NCBI GenBank assembly: GCA_040768265.1
Contig: JAXGNB010000002.1
Location: forward strand, 240,177-304,176
Direction of reading: 5' to 3'
Origin: Anaerolineaceae bacterium
GTDB taxonomy: Bacteria > Chloroflexota > Anaerolineae > Anaerolineales > Anaerolineaceae
Length of the DNA: 64,000 nt
Of this stretch, positions 26,133-36,925 are shown one piece after another; position 1 is the first letter of the stretch, and every line of letters begins with the position of its first letter. A program made the position numbers and the translations under genes. Under the pieces are notes generated by a model. The model searched no databases. It worked only from the letters and a program-made list of their open reading frames with translations, and was not told where the DNA came from.

Positions 26133-27467
26133 TTAGTTGATCAGCCGATCATCGTAGCCGTGCATGCGCAATTCGGTTTCGATCAATTCAACGGTTTCAC
26201 GAATGGTGCCAACCACGATCAGCAAACCCGAAGCCTGCATCAGTTGCACACCCGCGCTGCCTTCTGGCAGGAAGTATCCCATAATGAATGGCAGTACTGC
26301 CACCAAACCCAGGAAGAACGCCCCGGGCAGGGTGATACGCCGCTGAACACGTGTCAGGTAATCCTGCGTGGGTTTGCCACGCACAACACCTGGAATTTGG
26401 GCACCCTGCTTTTTCAGGTTCTCTCCGTAATTCTGCTGCGCGAAGAGCACATCGGTGTAGAAGTATGCAAACGCAACCACCAGCAGGAAGAACATGATCG
26501 GATACCACCAGGTCTCGCCACCAAAAGCCTCGTAGATCCAGTTGGAAGCACTATTGACCCATTTGGTCTGGGAATTGATAAAGAATGAGGACAGAATCGC
26601 CGGGAATGTCAGGAATGACTGGGCAAAAATGATCGGGATCATGCCGGCCATATTGACCATCAATGGCAATTGACTGCGTACTGGCATCGACATGCGGTTG
26701 CCAATGCGCCGTCCGGGGAACAGCACTGGAATATTGCGCCGCCCACCCTGCACAAACACAATTGCCAGGATCGTTAAGACAAAGACGATTAGCACCACCG
26801 CGAATACCCACCAGGGTTCTTTGCCGTTGAACATCTGGGCAAAGGTGACCGGGAATCGCGAGACAATGCCCGCAAAAATGATCAGCGACAAACCCTGATT
26901 ACGTAAGCCGTATTCAGAAATCAACTGACCAATCCAGATCCCAAACATCGTGCCTGCAACCATACTGATGATCGCGGTAATCGTTGGCATCAATTGGGCA
27001 CCGGAAAAACCCCATTCCTTGATAACCGTGCTGCCGCCCAGCATGGAGTTGAAGATATTGATCTGACCGAACGCTGAAAGCAGCGCCATTGGGATGGTCA
27101 GGATAACGGTCCATTTTTCCATCCAGATACGACCTTCGCGGGGGTCATCCTTCATTTTTTGTTCCAACGCAGGAATAACCGGTGTGAGCAATTGCAGGAT
27201 AATTTGGGCGGTGATATACGGGTAAACACCCATGGCAAGCACAGAGAATCTGGACACCGCTCCACCAGAGAGCAGATCAAGCAAGTTCACCAGGTTACCG
27301 CCGGCTCCAGTCTGTTGCGACAAAGCCGCAACAGCAGTTCGGTTGATGCCCGGAACTGGAATGTTAGCCGCGAGGCGGAAAATGCCCAACAGCAACAATG
27401 AAATCAACAGCTTGTTGCGGATATCCTCAGATTTCCACAGGTAACGCCAGGATGATCGTTTCATCAC
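26133..27467 (-). CDS. secY: Preprotein translocase subunit SecY
   Basis: 444 aa, 10 TM helices, GVYPYITAQIILQLL, and the expected position between rplO and adk. Confidence 0.95.
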   Translation of the reverse strand: MMKRSSWRYLWKSEDIRNKLLISLLLLGIFRLAANIPVPGINRTAVAALSQQTGAGGNLVNLLDLLSGGAVSRFSVLAMGVYPYITAQIILQLLTPVIPALEQKMKDDPREGRIWMEKWTVILTIPMALLSAFGQINIFNSMLGGSTVIKEWGFSGAQLMPTITAIISMVAGTMFGIWIGQLISEYGLRNQGLSLIIFAGIVSRFPVTFAQMFNGKEPWWVFAVVLIVFVLTILAIVFVQGGRRNIPVLFPGRRIGNRMSMPVRSQLPLMVNMAGMIPIIFAQSFLTFPAILSSFFINSQTKWVNSASNWIYEAFGGETWWYPIMFFLLVVAFAYFYTDVLFAQQNYGENLKKQGAQIPGVVRGKPTQDYLTRVQRRITLPGAFFLGLVAVLPFIMGYFLPEGSAGVQLMQASGLLIVVGTIRETVELIETELRMHGYDDRLIN

Positions 27468-27481
27468 TCATCTCCTCTTAG

Positions 27482-27940
27482 CTACGAAAGTGCCAATGTT
27501 TCAATGGTCCCGCCAGCTTTTTCGATCTTCTGACGAGCGCCTTCAGTCACCTTGTGAGCTTTGAATTTCAGGGCAACGTTGATATCACCACGACCCATGA
27601 TTTTGACAGGCAATTCTTTGCCCTTCAACAATCCGGCAGCCTTAAGGCTCTCGGGAGTGATTTCATCACCAGCCTTGAAGCCTTGCAGTGAATCCAGGTT
27701 TACTTCCGCATAACGCACGCGATTGCGTGGGGTGAAACCCTCACCACGCAGGAAAGGTAGTTTGCGGTAGAAGGGCAGGTTGCCGCCCATGTGATAAGGG
27801 CGCACACCGCCGCCGCTGCGTGAGTTTTGGCCTTTGGTTCCGCGACCGGCTGTCTTGCCTGCGCCGCTTCCAGTGCCCCGACCCACACGCTTGCGCGTTT
27901 TCTTTGCGCCTTCGTTTGGTTTTAGATCATGTAATTGCAT
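27482..27940 (-). CDS. rplO: 50S ribosomal protein L15
   Basis: MQLHDLKPNEGAKKTRKRVGRGTGSGAGKTAGRGTKGQ. Confidence 0.95.
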   Translation of the reverse strand: MQLHDLKPNEGAKKTRKRVGRGTGSGAGKTAGRGTKGQNSRSGGGVRPYHMGGNLPFYRKLPFLRGEGFTPRNRVRYAEVNLDSLQGFKAGDEITPESLKAAGLLKGKELPVKIMGRGDINVALKFKAHKVTEGARQKIEKAGGTIETLALS

Positions 27941-27942
27941 GC

Positions 27943-28149
27943 TTACTTCTCCTCAGTGTCTGGCAGGATCTCAACCAAATGTGAAACCTTTGTCAGCATA
28001 CCGCGCACAGCCTCGTTGTCCTGATGCTCAACCACCTGGTTGAGATTACGAAAGCCTAGCGCTTTGAGTGTTCGTTTGGTGCGTACGCTGTATCCAATGC
28101 CGCTTTTCACCAATTTGATGCGAAGGGTGTCTGACTTTTTCTTAGCCAT
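27943..28149 (-). CDS. rpmD: 50S ribosomal protein L30
   Basis: LRIKLVKSGIGYSVRTKRTLKALGF. Confidence 0.93.
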   Translation of the reverse strand: MAKKKSDTLRIKLVKSGIGYSVRTKRTLKALGFRNLNQVVEHQDNEAVRGMLTKVSHLVEILPDTEEK

Positions 28150-28666
28150 TTTTCCTCCGTTCCCAATAGGGTGTCACATCCAACACGTCCTTGCCGCGTT
28201 CTGCGGCAACCGTGGCGGGTGATTTGAGTTGTGATAAGGCATCGAAAGTAGCCTGGACGATGTTGAGCATGTTATTAGAGCCCAGAGATTTCGTCAGAAT
28301 GTCTCTGATCCCTGCAGCTTCACAAACCGCGCGCACACCACCGGCTGCGATAACGCCAGTACCAGCCGAAGCCGGCTTCAGCAGCACTTTCGCGCCACTT
28401 TGGCTGCCAGTCACTTCATGAGCAATGGTTGTGCCCATCAGGCTGACTTTCTTCATATTCTTATACGCACGCTCGGTAGCCTTGCGCATCGCGTCGGGAA
28501 CAGCAAGTGCCTTGCCAGTGCCCAGACCAACATTCCCGTTATTGTCGCCGACCACGATGGTCACGCGGAACGAGAAGCGGCGGCCGCCTTTGACAACCTT
28601 GGCAACCCGCGCAATGTCAATTACACGTTCGTCGTATTGAGTCTCTAATCCTTGATATTCTTCCAT
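28142..28666 (-). CDS. rpsE: 30S ribosomal protein S5
   Basis: [34 protein letters not shown]. Confidence 0.95.
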   Translation of the reverse strand: MEEYQGLETQYDERVIDIARVAKVVKGGRRFSFRVTIVVGDNNGNVGLGTGKALAVPDAMRKATERAYKNMKKVSLMGTTIAHEVTGSQSGAKVLLKPASAGTGVIAAGGVRAVCEAAGIRDILTKSLGSNNMLNIVQATFDALSQLKSPATVAAERGKDVLDVTPYWERRKNG

Positions 28667-28678
28667 AGTATCCTCGTT

Positions 28679-29050
28679 TTAGAATTCCAGCCCGCCCTTG
28701 CGAGCACCTTCGGCCAGAGCTTTCAGACGACCGGTATAAATGTATCCACCGCGATCCATAACAACAGCTTTGATGCCTTTGTCCAGGGCGCGCCTGGCAA
28801 TCGCTTCACCAACAAGCGAAGCTTGTTCGGATTTGTTCTTGCCCTTTACGACTTCGCGCAGAGCTGCATCCACGCTGGATGCAGAAACCAGAGTTGTGCC
28901 ACTGTGATCATCGATCACCTGGGCATAAATCTCATTGATGCTTCGAAAAACATTCAGGCGCGGGCGCTCAGGTGTGCCAAAGATCTTCTTGCGCACACGA
29001 GCATGACGGTGTAAACGAGCAGCGTTTCTTGATTTTTTAGCCATAGTCAT
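28679..29050 (-). CDS. rplR: 50S ribosomal protein L18
   Basis: [18 protein letters not shown]...[25 protein letters not shown]. Confidence 0.95.
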   Translation of the reverse strand: MTMAKKSRNAARLHRHARVRKKIFGTPERPRLNVFRSINEIYAQVIDDHSGTTLVSASSVDAALREVVKGKNKSEQASLVGEAIARRALDKGIKAVVMDRGGYIYTGRLKALAEGARKGGLEF

Positions 29051-29056
29051 TTACCT

Positions 29057-29605
29057 CTACTTACCGGTTTTTCCGGCTTTACCAGCCTTGAGTTTAATAA
29101 TTTCGCCCTGGTAGCGGATACCGGTTCCATGATAGCGTTCCGGTGGGCGCAGCTTGCGGATATTCGCAGCCACCTGCCCCACCTGCTGGCGGTCGTGCCC
29201 GTTGATTTTGATCAGACGAGCTCTTGCATCCACATCAAAAGCGATGCCATCCGGGGCGGGAAAATCCACAGGATGTGAATATCCCAGGTTCAACAGCAGA
29301 TCCTTACCTTTCAGTTCAGCCCGATAACCAACACCACTGTATTCCAGCACAATCTCAAAACCCTTCGCGCAGCCAACAATCATGTTGTTGAGCAGGGCGC
29401 GTGTGGTTCCGTGCAAAGCGCGGATGCTTGGTTGGTCGTTGGGGCGTTCCACGGTAATGACGCCATCTTCCATTTTGATTGCAATCTCCGGAGAGAAGGT
29501 TTCTTCAAGAGATCCCTTGGGACCCTTGACTGAAACCTTGTTTCCGTCCATCTTCACTTCCACACCCTTTGGCAGGGTAATGGGTAATTTTCCGATTCGC
29601 GACAT
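29057..29605 (-). CDS. rplF: 50S ribosomal protein L6
   Basis: MSRIGKLPITLPKGVEV. The track ORF begins 18 nt further upstream. Confidence 0.93.
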   Translation of the reverse strand: MSRIGKLPITLPKGVEVKMDGNKVSVKGPKGSLEETFSPEIAIKMEDGVITVERPNDQPSIRALHGTTRALLNNMIVGCAKGFEIVLEYSGVGYRAELKGKDLLLNLGYSHPVDFPAPDGIAFDVDARARLIKINGHDRQQVGQVAANIRKLRPPERYHGTGIRYQGEIIKLKAGKAGKTGK

Positions 29606-29616
29606 TTCTCTTCCTC

Positions 29617-30030
29617 CTACCAAACCTTACAGAGGATCTCGCCGCCGACGCCGATCTTGCGAGCGCGTTGGCCGGTCATGATACCCTTCGGGGTTGATAA
29701 AATCGCGATACCAATACCAGATAATACCCAGGGGATATCATTCTTGGAGGTGTAAACCCGGCAGCCGGGGTGGCTGACGCGCTCCAAACCCGTGATAATC
29801 GGGCGGCGTTGGCGGCGTTCGCCGATGTATTTCAGTTTCATGCGCAAAACTTTGTGCGATTCGCTTTTTCCATCAACGACTTCATAACTCTCAAGATAGC
29901 CTTCTTCGGTCAGAATACGGGCAACTTCACTCTTGAGCTTCGAGCTCGGCATGGCTACGGTTGTTTTTCCAACCATGGCAACATTGCGGATTCTCGTCAA
30001 CATATCGGCAATTGGATCTGATATAGTCAT
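29617..30030 (-). CDS. rpsH: 30S ribosomal protein S8
   Basis: [16 protein letters not shown]...GGEILCKVW. Confidence 0.95.
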   Translation of the reverse strand: MTISDPIADMLTRIRNVAMVGKTTVAMPSSKLKSEVARILTEEGYLESYEVVDGKSESHKVLRMKLKYIGERRQRRPIITGLERVSHPGCRVYTSKNDIPWVLSGIGIAILSTPKGIMTGQRARKIGVGGEILCKVW

Positions 30031-30050
30031 TTTCATCCCTCCAGGTCTAA

Positions 30051-30233
30051 TTACCAGGATGCTTTAGTCACACCGGGGATTTTTCCCTGGAGTGCTAATT
30101 CACGGAAGCAAATACGGCAAAGACCAAATTTGCGCATATAACCGCGCGGTCTGCCGCACACACGACAGCGATTTACAACGCGGTTTGGATATTTCCGCCG
30201 CATTTCGCGATATTGCATACACTTTTTAGCCAT
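30051..30233 (-). CDS. rpsN: 30S ribosomal protein S14, zinc-binding type Z
   Basis: 60 aa with [23 protein letters not shown] (a CxxC...CxxC arrangement). Confidence 0.93.
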   Translation of the reverse strand: MAKKCMQYREMRRKYPNRVVNRCRVCGRPRGYMRKFGLCRICFRELALQGKIPGVTKASW

Positions 30234-30779
30234 TTAGTTTCCTTTCCTGAAGGGCATGCCGAATTTGCTCAGCAATTGCCGGGCATGGTCATCAGATTCA
30301 GCGGTTGTCACAATGCTGATTTCCATGCCACGCACTTTGTCAATTTTGTCATACTGGATCTCAGGGAAGATCAGCTGCTCAGTCAGACCAAGCGTGTAGT
30401 TGCCACGTCCGTCAAATGAATCAGCCGAAATTCCACGGAAGTCACGCACACGAGGCAGAGCAACATTGATCAGGCGGTCCAAAAATGCCCACATCTTTTC
30501 TCCGCGCAGCGTAACTTTGACGCCAATTTGACGCCCTTCACGCAGCTTGAAATTCGAAATGGCTTTCTTGGCGGCGATGACAACAGGCTTCTGACCAGTG
30601 ATGATAGTCAGATCGTTCACAGCGGCATCCAAAGCCTTGGGGTTGTCCAGCGCTTCGCCGACACCGATATTGACGACCACTTTACTGATCTTCGGAATCT
30701 GCATGACGTTTTCTAACCCGAGCTCTTTCTGCAGAGCTGGCGCGATTTCGTTCTTATATTGTTCTTGTAGTCTGTTCAT
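30234..30779 (-). CDS. rplE: 50S ribosomal protein L5
   Basis: [12 protein letters not shown]...[20 protein letters not shown]. Confidence 0.95.
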   Translation of the reverse strand: MNRLQEQYKNEIAPALQKELGLENVMQIPKISKVVVNIGVGEALDNPKALDAAVNDLTIITGQKPVVIAAKKAISNFKLREGRQIGVKVTLRGEKMWAFLDRLINVALPRVRDFRGISADSFDGRGNYTLGLTEQLIFPEIQYDKIDKVRGMEISIVTTAESDDHARQLLSKFGMPFRKGN

Positions 30780-30796
30780 ATCTGCTCACCTACGCC

Positions 30797-31231
30797 TCAG
30801 TTACCCTTGGCGGCTTTCTTCTTGCTTTCAGCGGGTTTTGCCTTGCTCTCAGTCGCTTTTTCGGCTGGTTTTTTGGCAGCAGGTTTTGTTTCTGCTTTCT
30901 TTTCCGCTGGCTTCTTTGCGGCTGTCTTCTTAGCGCTGCCGGTTTTGGCTTTGGAGACCTTGCGGGCATCCTTGGCTTCTTTTTCCTCTGCGCGGTCAAC
31001 AACAGCCACATTGGAGGCATGGATCGGGGCTTCAAACTCACGGATACCGGCAGGAATTGTCTTGCCGTTGGACTGGGTTTGCTTCTGGTGTTTCTTCACC
31101 AAATTCACGCCCTGCACAACCACACGGTTTTCCTTGGGCAGCACACGGATGACTTCGCCAACCTTGTCCTTATCTTCCTCAGCCCCGCGCATTACCCTTA
31201 CGCGATCGCCCTTATGTATTTTCATTTTCAT
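30797..31231 (-). CDS. rplX: 50S ribosomal protein L24 with a roughly 60-aa Lys/Ala/Pro-rich C-terminal extension
   Basis: KOW core [12 protein letters not shown]...VGEVIRV, followed by the tail [54 protein letters not shown]. Confidence 0.93.
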   Translation of the reverse strand: MKMKIHKGDRVRVMRGAEEDKDKVGEVIRVLPKENRVVVQGVNLVKKHQKQTQSNGKTIPAGIREFEAPIHASNVAVVDRAEEKEAKDARKVSKAKTGSAKKTAAKKPAEKKAETKPAAKKPAEKATESKAKPAESKKKAAKGN

Positions 31232-31252
31232 TTGACACTCCTAATTCATCGA

Positions 31253-31624
31253 CTACAGCACTTCCGGAGCCAATGAAACGATCTTCATATAGCCTTTGTC
31301 GCGCAATTCACGAGCAACCGGGCCAAAAATGCGGGTGCCGCGGGGGTTCACGCCGTCATTGTCCAGGATTACAGCCGCGTTGTCGTCAAAACAAATGGTA
31401 GACCCATCTGGACGGCGGTAAGCTTTGCTGGTGCGGACGATGACCGCTTTCACGATCTCACTCTTCTTAACAGAAGACTGAGGCGTGGCAACCTTCACGG
31501 TGCCAACCACAATGTCGCCCACGTAGCCATAGCGGCGGCGTGTGCCACCCACAACCTGGATAACCAGGATTTCGCGGGCGCCAGTGTTATCGGCAATAAC
31601 TAATCGAGTTTCTCGCTGGATCAT
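31253..31624 (-). CDS. rplN: 50S ribosomal protein L14
   Basis: [19 protein letters not shown]...IVSLAPEVL. Confidence 0.95.
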   Translation of the reverse strand: MIQRETRLVIADNTGAREILVIQVVGGTRRRYGYVGDIVVGTVKVATPQSSVKKSEIVKAVIVRTSKAYRRPDGSTICFDDNAAVILDNDGVNPRGTRIFGPVARELRDKGYMKIVSLAPEVL

Positions 31625-32097
31625 GCTGATTCCTCTTCCTCGAGCTCTTCCTCGACTTCTTCAACAACGTCTTCAGCTTCGACAACTTCCTCGACCGCTT
31701 CAACAGCTTCTTCGGTTTCGATTGCTTCCTCAACCGCTTCAACAGCTTCTTCGGCTTCGATTGTCTCTTCGACCTCTTCCACAACTTCTTCGGTCTCGAT
31801 CAGTTCCACAACCTCTTCGATAGCCTCAGTTGTTGATTCGACGCCTTCCTGGCGGATTTCGACCTTGATGATCTTTTCCACATTCCATCGTACGGTTGCT
31901 GAAATCGGAGCTGATTCGACGATCACAACCTCATCGCCCACATTGCAGCCCAATTCATCATGCGCCTTGTAAGCCTTTGTGCTGCGAACCACTTTATGGT
32001 AAAGCGGATGCTGGTATGTGCGCGAAACTTCCACGATGACCGTCTTGGTCATCTTGTTCGACTTAACAACTCCCGTTAAACGTCGGCGTTTGTTCAT
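31621..32097 (-). CDS. rpsQ: 30S ribosomal protein S17 with a roughly 75-aa Glu/Val/Ala-rich acidic C-terminal extension
   Basis: Core [41 protein letters not shown], then the tail [79 protein letters not shown]. Confidence 0.93.
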   Translation of the reverse strand: MNKRRRLTGVVKSNKMTKTVIVEVSRTYQHPLYHKVVRSTKAYKAHDELGCNVGDEVVIVESAPISATVRWNVEKIIKVEIRQEGVESTTEAIEEVVELIETEEVVEEVEETIEAEEAVEAVEEAIETEEAVEAVEEVVEAEDVVEEVEEELEEEESA

Positions 32098-32303
32098 TTC
32101 TTACCTTCCTTCTCCTGGCGGGCGCGCTCATTCAGGACCGTTTCCATTCGGGCAATATCCCGTCGGGCCACCTTGAAGCGGCTGGTGTCCGTCAACTGAC
32201 CGGTCACGATCTGGAAGCGCAAATTCATGAGCTCCTGCCGGATGTTCAACAGTTTGATATTAATATCTTCCGTAGAAAGTTCCCTTATTTCTTTGCTGTT
32301 CAT
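32094..32303 (-). CDS. rpmC: 50S ribosomal protein L29
   Basis: 69 aa, [27 protein letters not shown]. Confidence 0.93.
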   Translation of the reverse strand: MNSKEIRELSTEDINIKLLNIRQELMNLRFQIVTGQLTDTSRFKVARRDIARMETVLNERARQEKEGKK

Positions 32304-32725
32304 GAACCTTCTCCCATTGTTTCTCGGGCTACGACCTTAGTCTTGATTCCCAATTTATAGCGTGCCCGGTTCAGTGCTCTCACTGCGGCATCAGCATCAG
32401 CTCCACCGACCTCGAACAAAATCCGACCAGGGCGAATAACTGCCACCCAATGATCCACGGCACCCTTGCCCTTACCCATACGGGTTTCAGCAGCGCGCTT
32501 GGTGTAGGGTTTGTCAGGAAACACACGGATCCAGATTTTTCCACGACGCTTCAACTCGTGCACGATTGCACGGCGGCAAGCCTCGATCTGGCGAGCGGTC
32601 ATATAACCACAATCCAGTGCCTTCAATCCATAGTCACCGAAGTTTACGTCCACACCGCGTGAAGCTTTGCCCTTCATGCGGCCGCGCATTTGCTTGCGGT
32701 ACTTTACTCTCTTTGGCATCAACAT
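32300..32725 (-). CDS. rplP: 50S ribosomal protein L16
   Basis: [19 protein letters not shown]. Confidence 0.95.
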   Translation of the reverse strand: MLMPKRVKYRKQMRGRMKGKASRGVDVNFGDYGLKALDCGYMTARQIEACRRAIVHELKRRGKIWIRVFPDKPYTKRAAETRMGKGKGAVDHWVAVIRPGRILFEVGGADADAAVRALNRARYKLGIKTKVVARETMGEGS

Positions 32726-32753
32726 AATTTACGTCCTCACTCGTTCCGAATAA

Positions 32754-33431
32754 TTACTCGCTGATATAGACACCTTCGGTGGCCTCAACCTTTTCTTCAG
32801 GTTGGTTCATGACGATGCCCTTATAAATCCATACCTTGATGCCAATCTGACCAAAAGTAGTCGTGGCAGCGGCACGGGCGAAGTCAATGTCTGCACGCAG
32901 CGTCTGCAGCGGCACGCGCCCTTCACGCAGAGTCACACGGCGAGCCATTTCAGCGCCGGACAAACGACCGGAAACCGAAATTTTGATCCCGCCTGCGCCC
33001 TGGCGCAAAGCCTGTTGGATAGCGCGTTTCATTGCACGGCGATAGCTGATGCGGCGCTCGAGCTGGCTGGCAATGTTGGTTGCCACCAGGTAAGCATCCG
33101 TATCGGCTGATTTGATCTCTTTCACTTCCAGATCAATCTTCTTGCCTGTCAGTGCTTCCAGTTGCTGGCGCAGAATTTTGACACTCTCGCCTTTGCGACC
33201 GATCAAAATGCCTGGTTTGGCTGTGTGCAGGGTTACCTTCACCTTGCCTGGATAGCGTTCGATTTCGATATTTGAAACACCAGCGCGCTCGGATTCCTTT
33301 TTCACCAGATCGCGAATTTGCAGATCCTGATGCAGTTGTTCGGTGTAATCCGAACCTTCGGCGTACCAGCGTCCTAACCAGGGCTTGTTGATCCCCAGAC
33401 GAAATCCGATTGGATGTACTTTACGACCCAT
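32754..33431 (-). CDS. rpsC: 30S ribosomal protein S3
   Basis: [18 protein letters not shown] plus a KH domain. Confidence 0.95.
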   Translation of the reverse strand: MGRKVHPIGFRLGINKPWLGRWYAEGSDYTEQLHQDLQIRDLVKKESERAGVSNIEIERYPGKVKVTLHTAKPGILIGRKGESVKILRQQLEALTGKKIDLEVKEIKSADTDAYLVATNIASQLERRISYRRAMKRAIQQALRQGAGGIKISVSGRLSGAEMARRVTLREGRVPLQTLRADIDFARAAATTTFGQIGIKVWIYKGIVMNQPEEKVEATEGVYISE

Positions 33432-33447
33432 ATCTCACTCCTTACCT

Positions 33448-33789
33448 TTACTCGATCTCGCGTAATACAACGGTCACATGCGCACGGCGCTTTAACAGCG
33501 GCTTGAAACGACCACGTGCGCCGAACCTGCGCCACTTGCGGGTGGGGGCTTCGTCAGCGTAGATCTTGTAAACCACGAGGTCATCGCGGCTAACACCAAA
33601 GTTCTCTTCAGCATTGGACATCGCCGAATAAATCAGCTTGCGAACTGGATGAGCTGCCTTCTTGGGGGTCAGGCTCAAGATGTTCAATGCATCCACAACC
33701 TTCTTACCGCGAACCAGGTCGATAACCAGGCGGGTCTTCTGAGCAGATTCAGCGAAGTTAGTAAGCTTTGCAGAAATTTCCTGTGCCAT
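33448..33789 (-). CDS. rplV: 50S ribosomal protein L22
   Basis: SAQKTRLVIDLVRGKKVVDALNIL. Confidence 0.95.
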   Translation of the reverse strand: MAQEISAKLTNFAESAQKTRLVIDLVRGKKVVDALNILSLTPKKAAHPVRKLIYSAMSNAEENFGVSRDDLVVYKIYADEAPTRKWRRFGARGRFKPLLKRRAHVTVVLREIE

Positions 33790-33797
33790 ACTATTCT

Positions 33798-34067
33798 CTA
33801 CCTTCCCCTTTCAGAGACATGACCGCGGAACCAGCGGGTTGGGGCAAATTCGCCCAAACGATGGCCAACCATGTTCTCGGTAACGTAGATCGGAACGTGG
33901 CGGCGACCGTCATGCACTGCAATCGTATGCCCTACCATCTGGGGGAAGATGGTGCTGGCGCGGCTCCAGGTGCGGATGACCTTCTTTTCGCCTTTCTCGT
34001 TCATATCTTCAATTCTTTTCAACAGTTTCGGGTCAACGAATGGCCCTTTTTTTAATGATCGCGACAT
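33798..34067 (-). CDS. rpsS: 30S ribosomal protein S19
   Basis: [19 protein letters not shown]...[33 protein letters not shown]. Confidence 0.95.
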   Translation of the reverse strand: MSRSLKKGPFVDPKLLKRIEDMNEKGEKKVIRTWSRASTIFPQMVGHTIAVHDGRRHVPIYVTENMVGHRLGEFAPTRWFRGHVSERGR

Positions 34068-34095
34068 CTTAGTTTCCTTTTCTGTCTCTCAACCA

Positions 34096-34935
34096 CTACC
34101 GGCGCTTTGCCTTGGAGCGGTGGCGAAGAATCATGTCATCCGTGCGCTTGTTTCTGCGCGTCTTATAACCAAGGGTTGGCTTACCCCAGGGGGTCTTCGG
34201 ACCGGGCATGCCGATCGAGGTGCGACCTTCACCACCACCATGCGGATGGTCCCTTGGCGACATCGCACTACCGCGGACTTCAGGGCGAAGCCCCATGTGG
34301 CGCGCGCGTCCGGCCTTGCCGAGCTTGATATTGCTGTGTTCCACGTTACCAACCTGACCGATTGAGGCACTGCACTCCTGCAGAACTAAACGCACTTCGC
34401 CCGAAGGCATACGCACGTGGGCATACTTGCCTTCTTTTGCCAGCAGCTGCGCGGAGGTCCCCGCAGAGCGAACCATCTGGGCGCCCTTACCGGGATGCAG
34501 CTCGATCGCGTGGATCGTGGTGCCAACCGGGATATTCGCCAGGGGAAGATTATTTCCAGGGCGGATTTCCACGTTTGAACCAGAAAGCAGCGTATCGCCA
34601 ACTTTGACCCCGATGGGGGCAATGATGTAGCGCTTCTCGCCATCAGCGTAGTTCAACAGCGCCAGGCGTGCCGTCCGGTTGGGATCGTATTCGATTGCGG
34701 CGACTTTTGCGGGGATGTTGGTCTTATCCCTTTTGAAGTCCACCAGGCGGATCTGCCGGCGTGCGCCGCCGCCACGATGGCGGACAGTGATACGACCAGC
34801 CGAGTTTCGCCCAGCCCGTTCCTTTTTGAGCACGATCAAACTGCGCTCGGGACGAGTCTTGGTAATTTCTTCGAACGTATAGCTGGTTTTATGCCGCTGA
34901 CCGTTCGTCTTTGGTTTATAAATCTTTACTGCCAT
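34096..34935 (-). CDS. rplB: 50S ribosomal protein L2
   Basis: [15 protein letters not shown]...[13 protein letters not shown]. Confidence 0.95.
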   Translation of the reverse strand: MAVKIYKPKTNGQRHKTSYTFEEITKTRPERSLIVLKKERAGRNSAGRITVRHRGGGARRQIRLVDFKRDKTNIPAKVAAIEYDPNRTARLALLNYADGEKRYIIAPIGVKVGDTLLSGSNVEIRPGNNLPLANIPVGTTIHAIELHPGKGAQMVRSAGTSAQLLAKEGKYAHVRMPSGEVRLVLQECSASIGQVGNVEHSNIKLGKAGRARHMGLRPEVRGSAMSPRDHPHGGGEGRTSIGMPGPKTPWGKPTLGYKTRRNKRTDDMILRHRSKAKRR

Positions 34936-35240
34936 TAGTCCACTCCTTCAAACACAGGAATGCTCTCCCCATCCTTCAGCTTCACAATGGCTTTCTTGTA
35001 GCCACTTGAACGCAGTGCCAGGCGGCGGGTCCGCGTGTTGCGGTGCGCTTTGGCAGGGAGGTTGATGATATTTACACGCACAACGTTGACATCGAAAGCC
35101 GTTTCGACGGCGGTCTTAACCTGTTCGCGAGTGGCATAAGATGCAACTTCGAACACATACTGGTTCAGTTTTCCGGCCAGGTAATTCGACTTTTCGGTCA
35201 CAACAGGGCGCCGCAGGATATCAAAGACGGTATTACTCAT
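34935..35240 (-). CDS. rplW: 50S ribosomal protein L23
   Basis: [14 protein letters not shown]...[18 protein letters not shown]. Confidence 0.93.
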   Translation of the reverse strand: MSNTVFDILRRPVVTEKSNYLAGKLNQYVFEVASYATREQVKTAVETAFDVNVVRVNIINLPAKAHRNTRTRRLALRSSGYKKAIVKLKDGESIPVFEGVD

Positions 35241-35254
35241 TCTGCTTCACCTTC

Positions 35255-35884
35255 CTATCCCAAATAACCCTTGATCACATCGAGTGAAGCAAGTGGGATA
35301 ATGACTTTCTCACAAGTGAACAAATCGCGAATATTCAGGTAATTTGCCTGCAGCAGCTTGGCATTCGTCAAGTTGCGTCCGGATTTGATCAAGTTTGTGT
35401 AAGATTCACTCTTATCGGGCACCAAAACCAGCTTGCGCCCATCACCAGCCAGAGCTGAGAGCACTTTTGCCAGGTCCGCACTGCGGGCTTTTTCCATGCT
35501 GAGGCTGTCTACCACGATGATCTTCTCATCGTTGGCGGTCACCGTCAACGCACTGCGCAAAGCTGCGCGGCGCATCTTTTGGGGCATAGCCTGGGTGTAG
35601 TCCCGTGGCTTTGGGGTGTGGATGCGACCACCGCCAACCGACTGGGCGTTATTCATACTGCCGCGTCGGGCGCGACCAGTACCCTTCTGCTTCCAGGGCT
35701 TGGCACCACCACCACGGACTTCGCCGCGGCGCTTGGTGTTGTGAGTGCCCAGGCGCGCATTCGCCATCTGGCGCTGATAAGCCTGGTGCATCAGGTCCAC
35801 ATTCACTTTAGCTGCAAAAATTTCATCGGGCAGTTCAACAGTATCCGACTTTTCGCCTTTTAAGTTATAAACATCAACTTTCAT
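35255..35884 (-). CDS. rplD: 50S ribosomal protein L4
   Basis: MKVDVYNLKGEK...RRGEVRGGGAKPWKQKGTGRAR. A GGAG lies 9 nt upstream of the ATG at 35884; the track ORF starts 15 nt further upstream. Confidence 0.93.
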   Translation of the reverse strand: MKVDVYNLKGEKSDTVELPDEIFAAKVNVDLMHQAYQRQMANARLGTHNTKRRGEVRGGGAKPWKQKGTGRARRGSMNNAQSVGGGRIHTPKPRDYTQAMPQKMRRAALRSALTVTANDEKIIVVDSLSMEKARSADLAKVLSALAGDGRKLVLVPDKSESYTNLIKSGRNLTNAKLLQANYLNIRDLFTCEKVIIPLASLDVIKGYLG

Positions 35885-35914
35885 GATAGCTTTCTCCATT
35901 CAACCACAAGCGCA

Positions 35915-36550
35915 TTACTGCTTGCGAGCCTCTTTGATTACCACAGTTCCGCCTTTGGCGCCGGGCACTGAGCCCTGAACCGCGATCAGATTGCGCTCTG
36001 GATCAACCATCGCAACACGGATATGCGAAGAAGTCACCCGAACATTGCCCATATGCCCAGGACGGCGCTTGCCCTTATATACACGCCCAGGCGTGGTACC
36101 GGATCCAGAAGAGCCGGGAGAACGCTGGCGGTCAGACTGACCATGGGTTGCGGGTCCACCGTGGAAACCATGACGTTTCATGGCACCGGCAAAACCCTTA
36201 CCCTTGGAGGTGCCGACAACATCCACAAATTCGCCTGTAGCGAATACCGATGCGTTCAGTTCGTCACCTGGATTGATATCTTCAATTTTCTTTGTGCGGA
36301 ATTCCCTCAGCACGCGCACCGGAGGGAGGTTGTTCGTCTTGAGATGCCCAAGTTGAGCCTTGCTCAGACGCTTAGGTTTCACTTCTCCATATGCCAGCTG
36401 AACCGCGCTATAACCGTCAGTCTCAGCAGTCTTGATCTGAGAAACAAAACAAGGCCCAGCCTCGATAAGCGTCACGGGAATTGCGCGCCCGCTTTCATCG
36501 AAGATCTGGGTCATACCGATCTTTCTTCCTATAAGCCCTTTTAACATACT
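35915..36550 (-). CDS. rplC: 50S ribosomal protein L3
   Basis: MLKGLIGRKIGMTQIFDESG, with a CAGGAG RBS. The track ORF extends 42 nt upstream. Confidence 0.93.
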   Translation of the reverse strand, partial: SMLKGLIGRKIGMTQIFDESGRAIPVTLIEAGPCFVSQIKTAETDGYSAVQLAYGEVKPKRLSKAQLGHLKTNNLPPVRVLREFRTKKIEDINPGDELNASVFATGEFVDVVGTSKGKGFAGAMKRHGFHGGPATHGQSDRQRSPGSSGSGTTPGRVYKGKRRPGHMGNVRVTSSHIRVAMVDPERNLIAVQGSVPGAKGGTVVIKEARKQ

Positions 36551-36676
36551 ATTCTCCTGTTTAGTATTCTGCGAGACTGTCAGCCTGGGCAAGCTGCATC
36601 ATCTCCGCACAATTCAGTCAATGTTCCCTGTGCAGCTGTCTGCCCACGCGGGATACATTCTTAAATTGTCACACAA

Positions 36677-36706
36677 ATATAACTACCCCTGAAGGTAGCC
36701 CGTCAA
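36677..36706 (-). promoter_or_regulatory. Candidate sigma-70-type promoter for the rplC superoperon
   Basis: On the minus strand, TTGACG (36706-36701), an 18-nt spacer and TTATAT (36682-36677), about 125 nt upstream of the rplC ATG. This is a sequence match only. Confidence 0.35.
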
Positions 36707-36925
36707 ATATATCACAAACCCCTGTGGATTGCAAGGGTTTTTTGGACCTTTTGGCTGGTTTTCCTTAGCAAGTTTATGTGCTCAGCAATTTTACTATAAA
36801 ACCTCTTGTTCAGAAGAACCAAAATGTTGGATCGAGACACCCCGTTGGAAAAAGGCCTGCCTTTTCCTTGTTTTTTTCAGACCTGCCAAACCAAAAAATG
36901 CCACTTCTCCCTCAAACCATCGGGT

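Noticed and set aside
36719-36745. Hairpin CCCCTGTGGATTGCAAGGG followed by TTTTTT on the plus strand, upstream of the rplC promoter
   Set aside because: The stem is imperfect, and there is no plus-strand gene upstream for it to terminate. It could insulate against antisense read-through, but nothing supports that.
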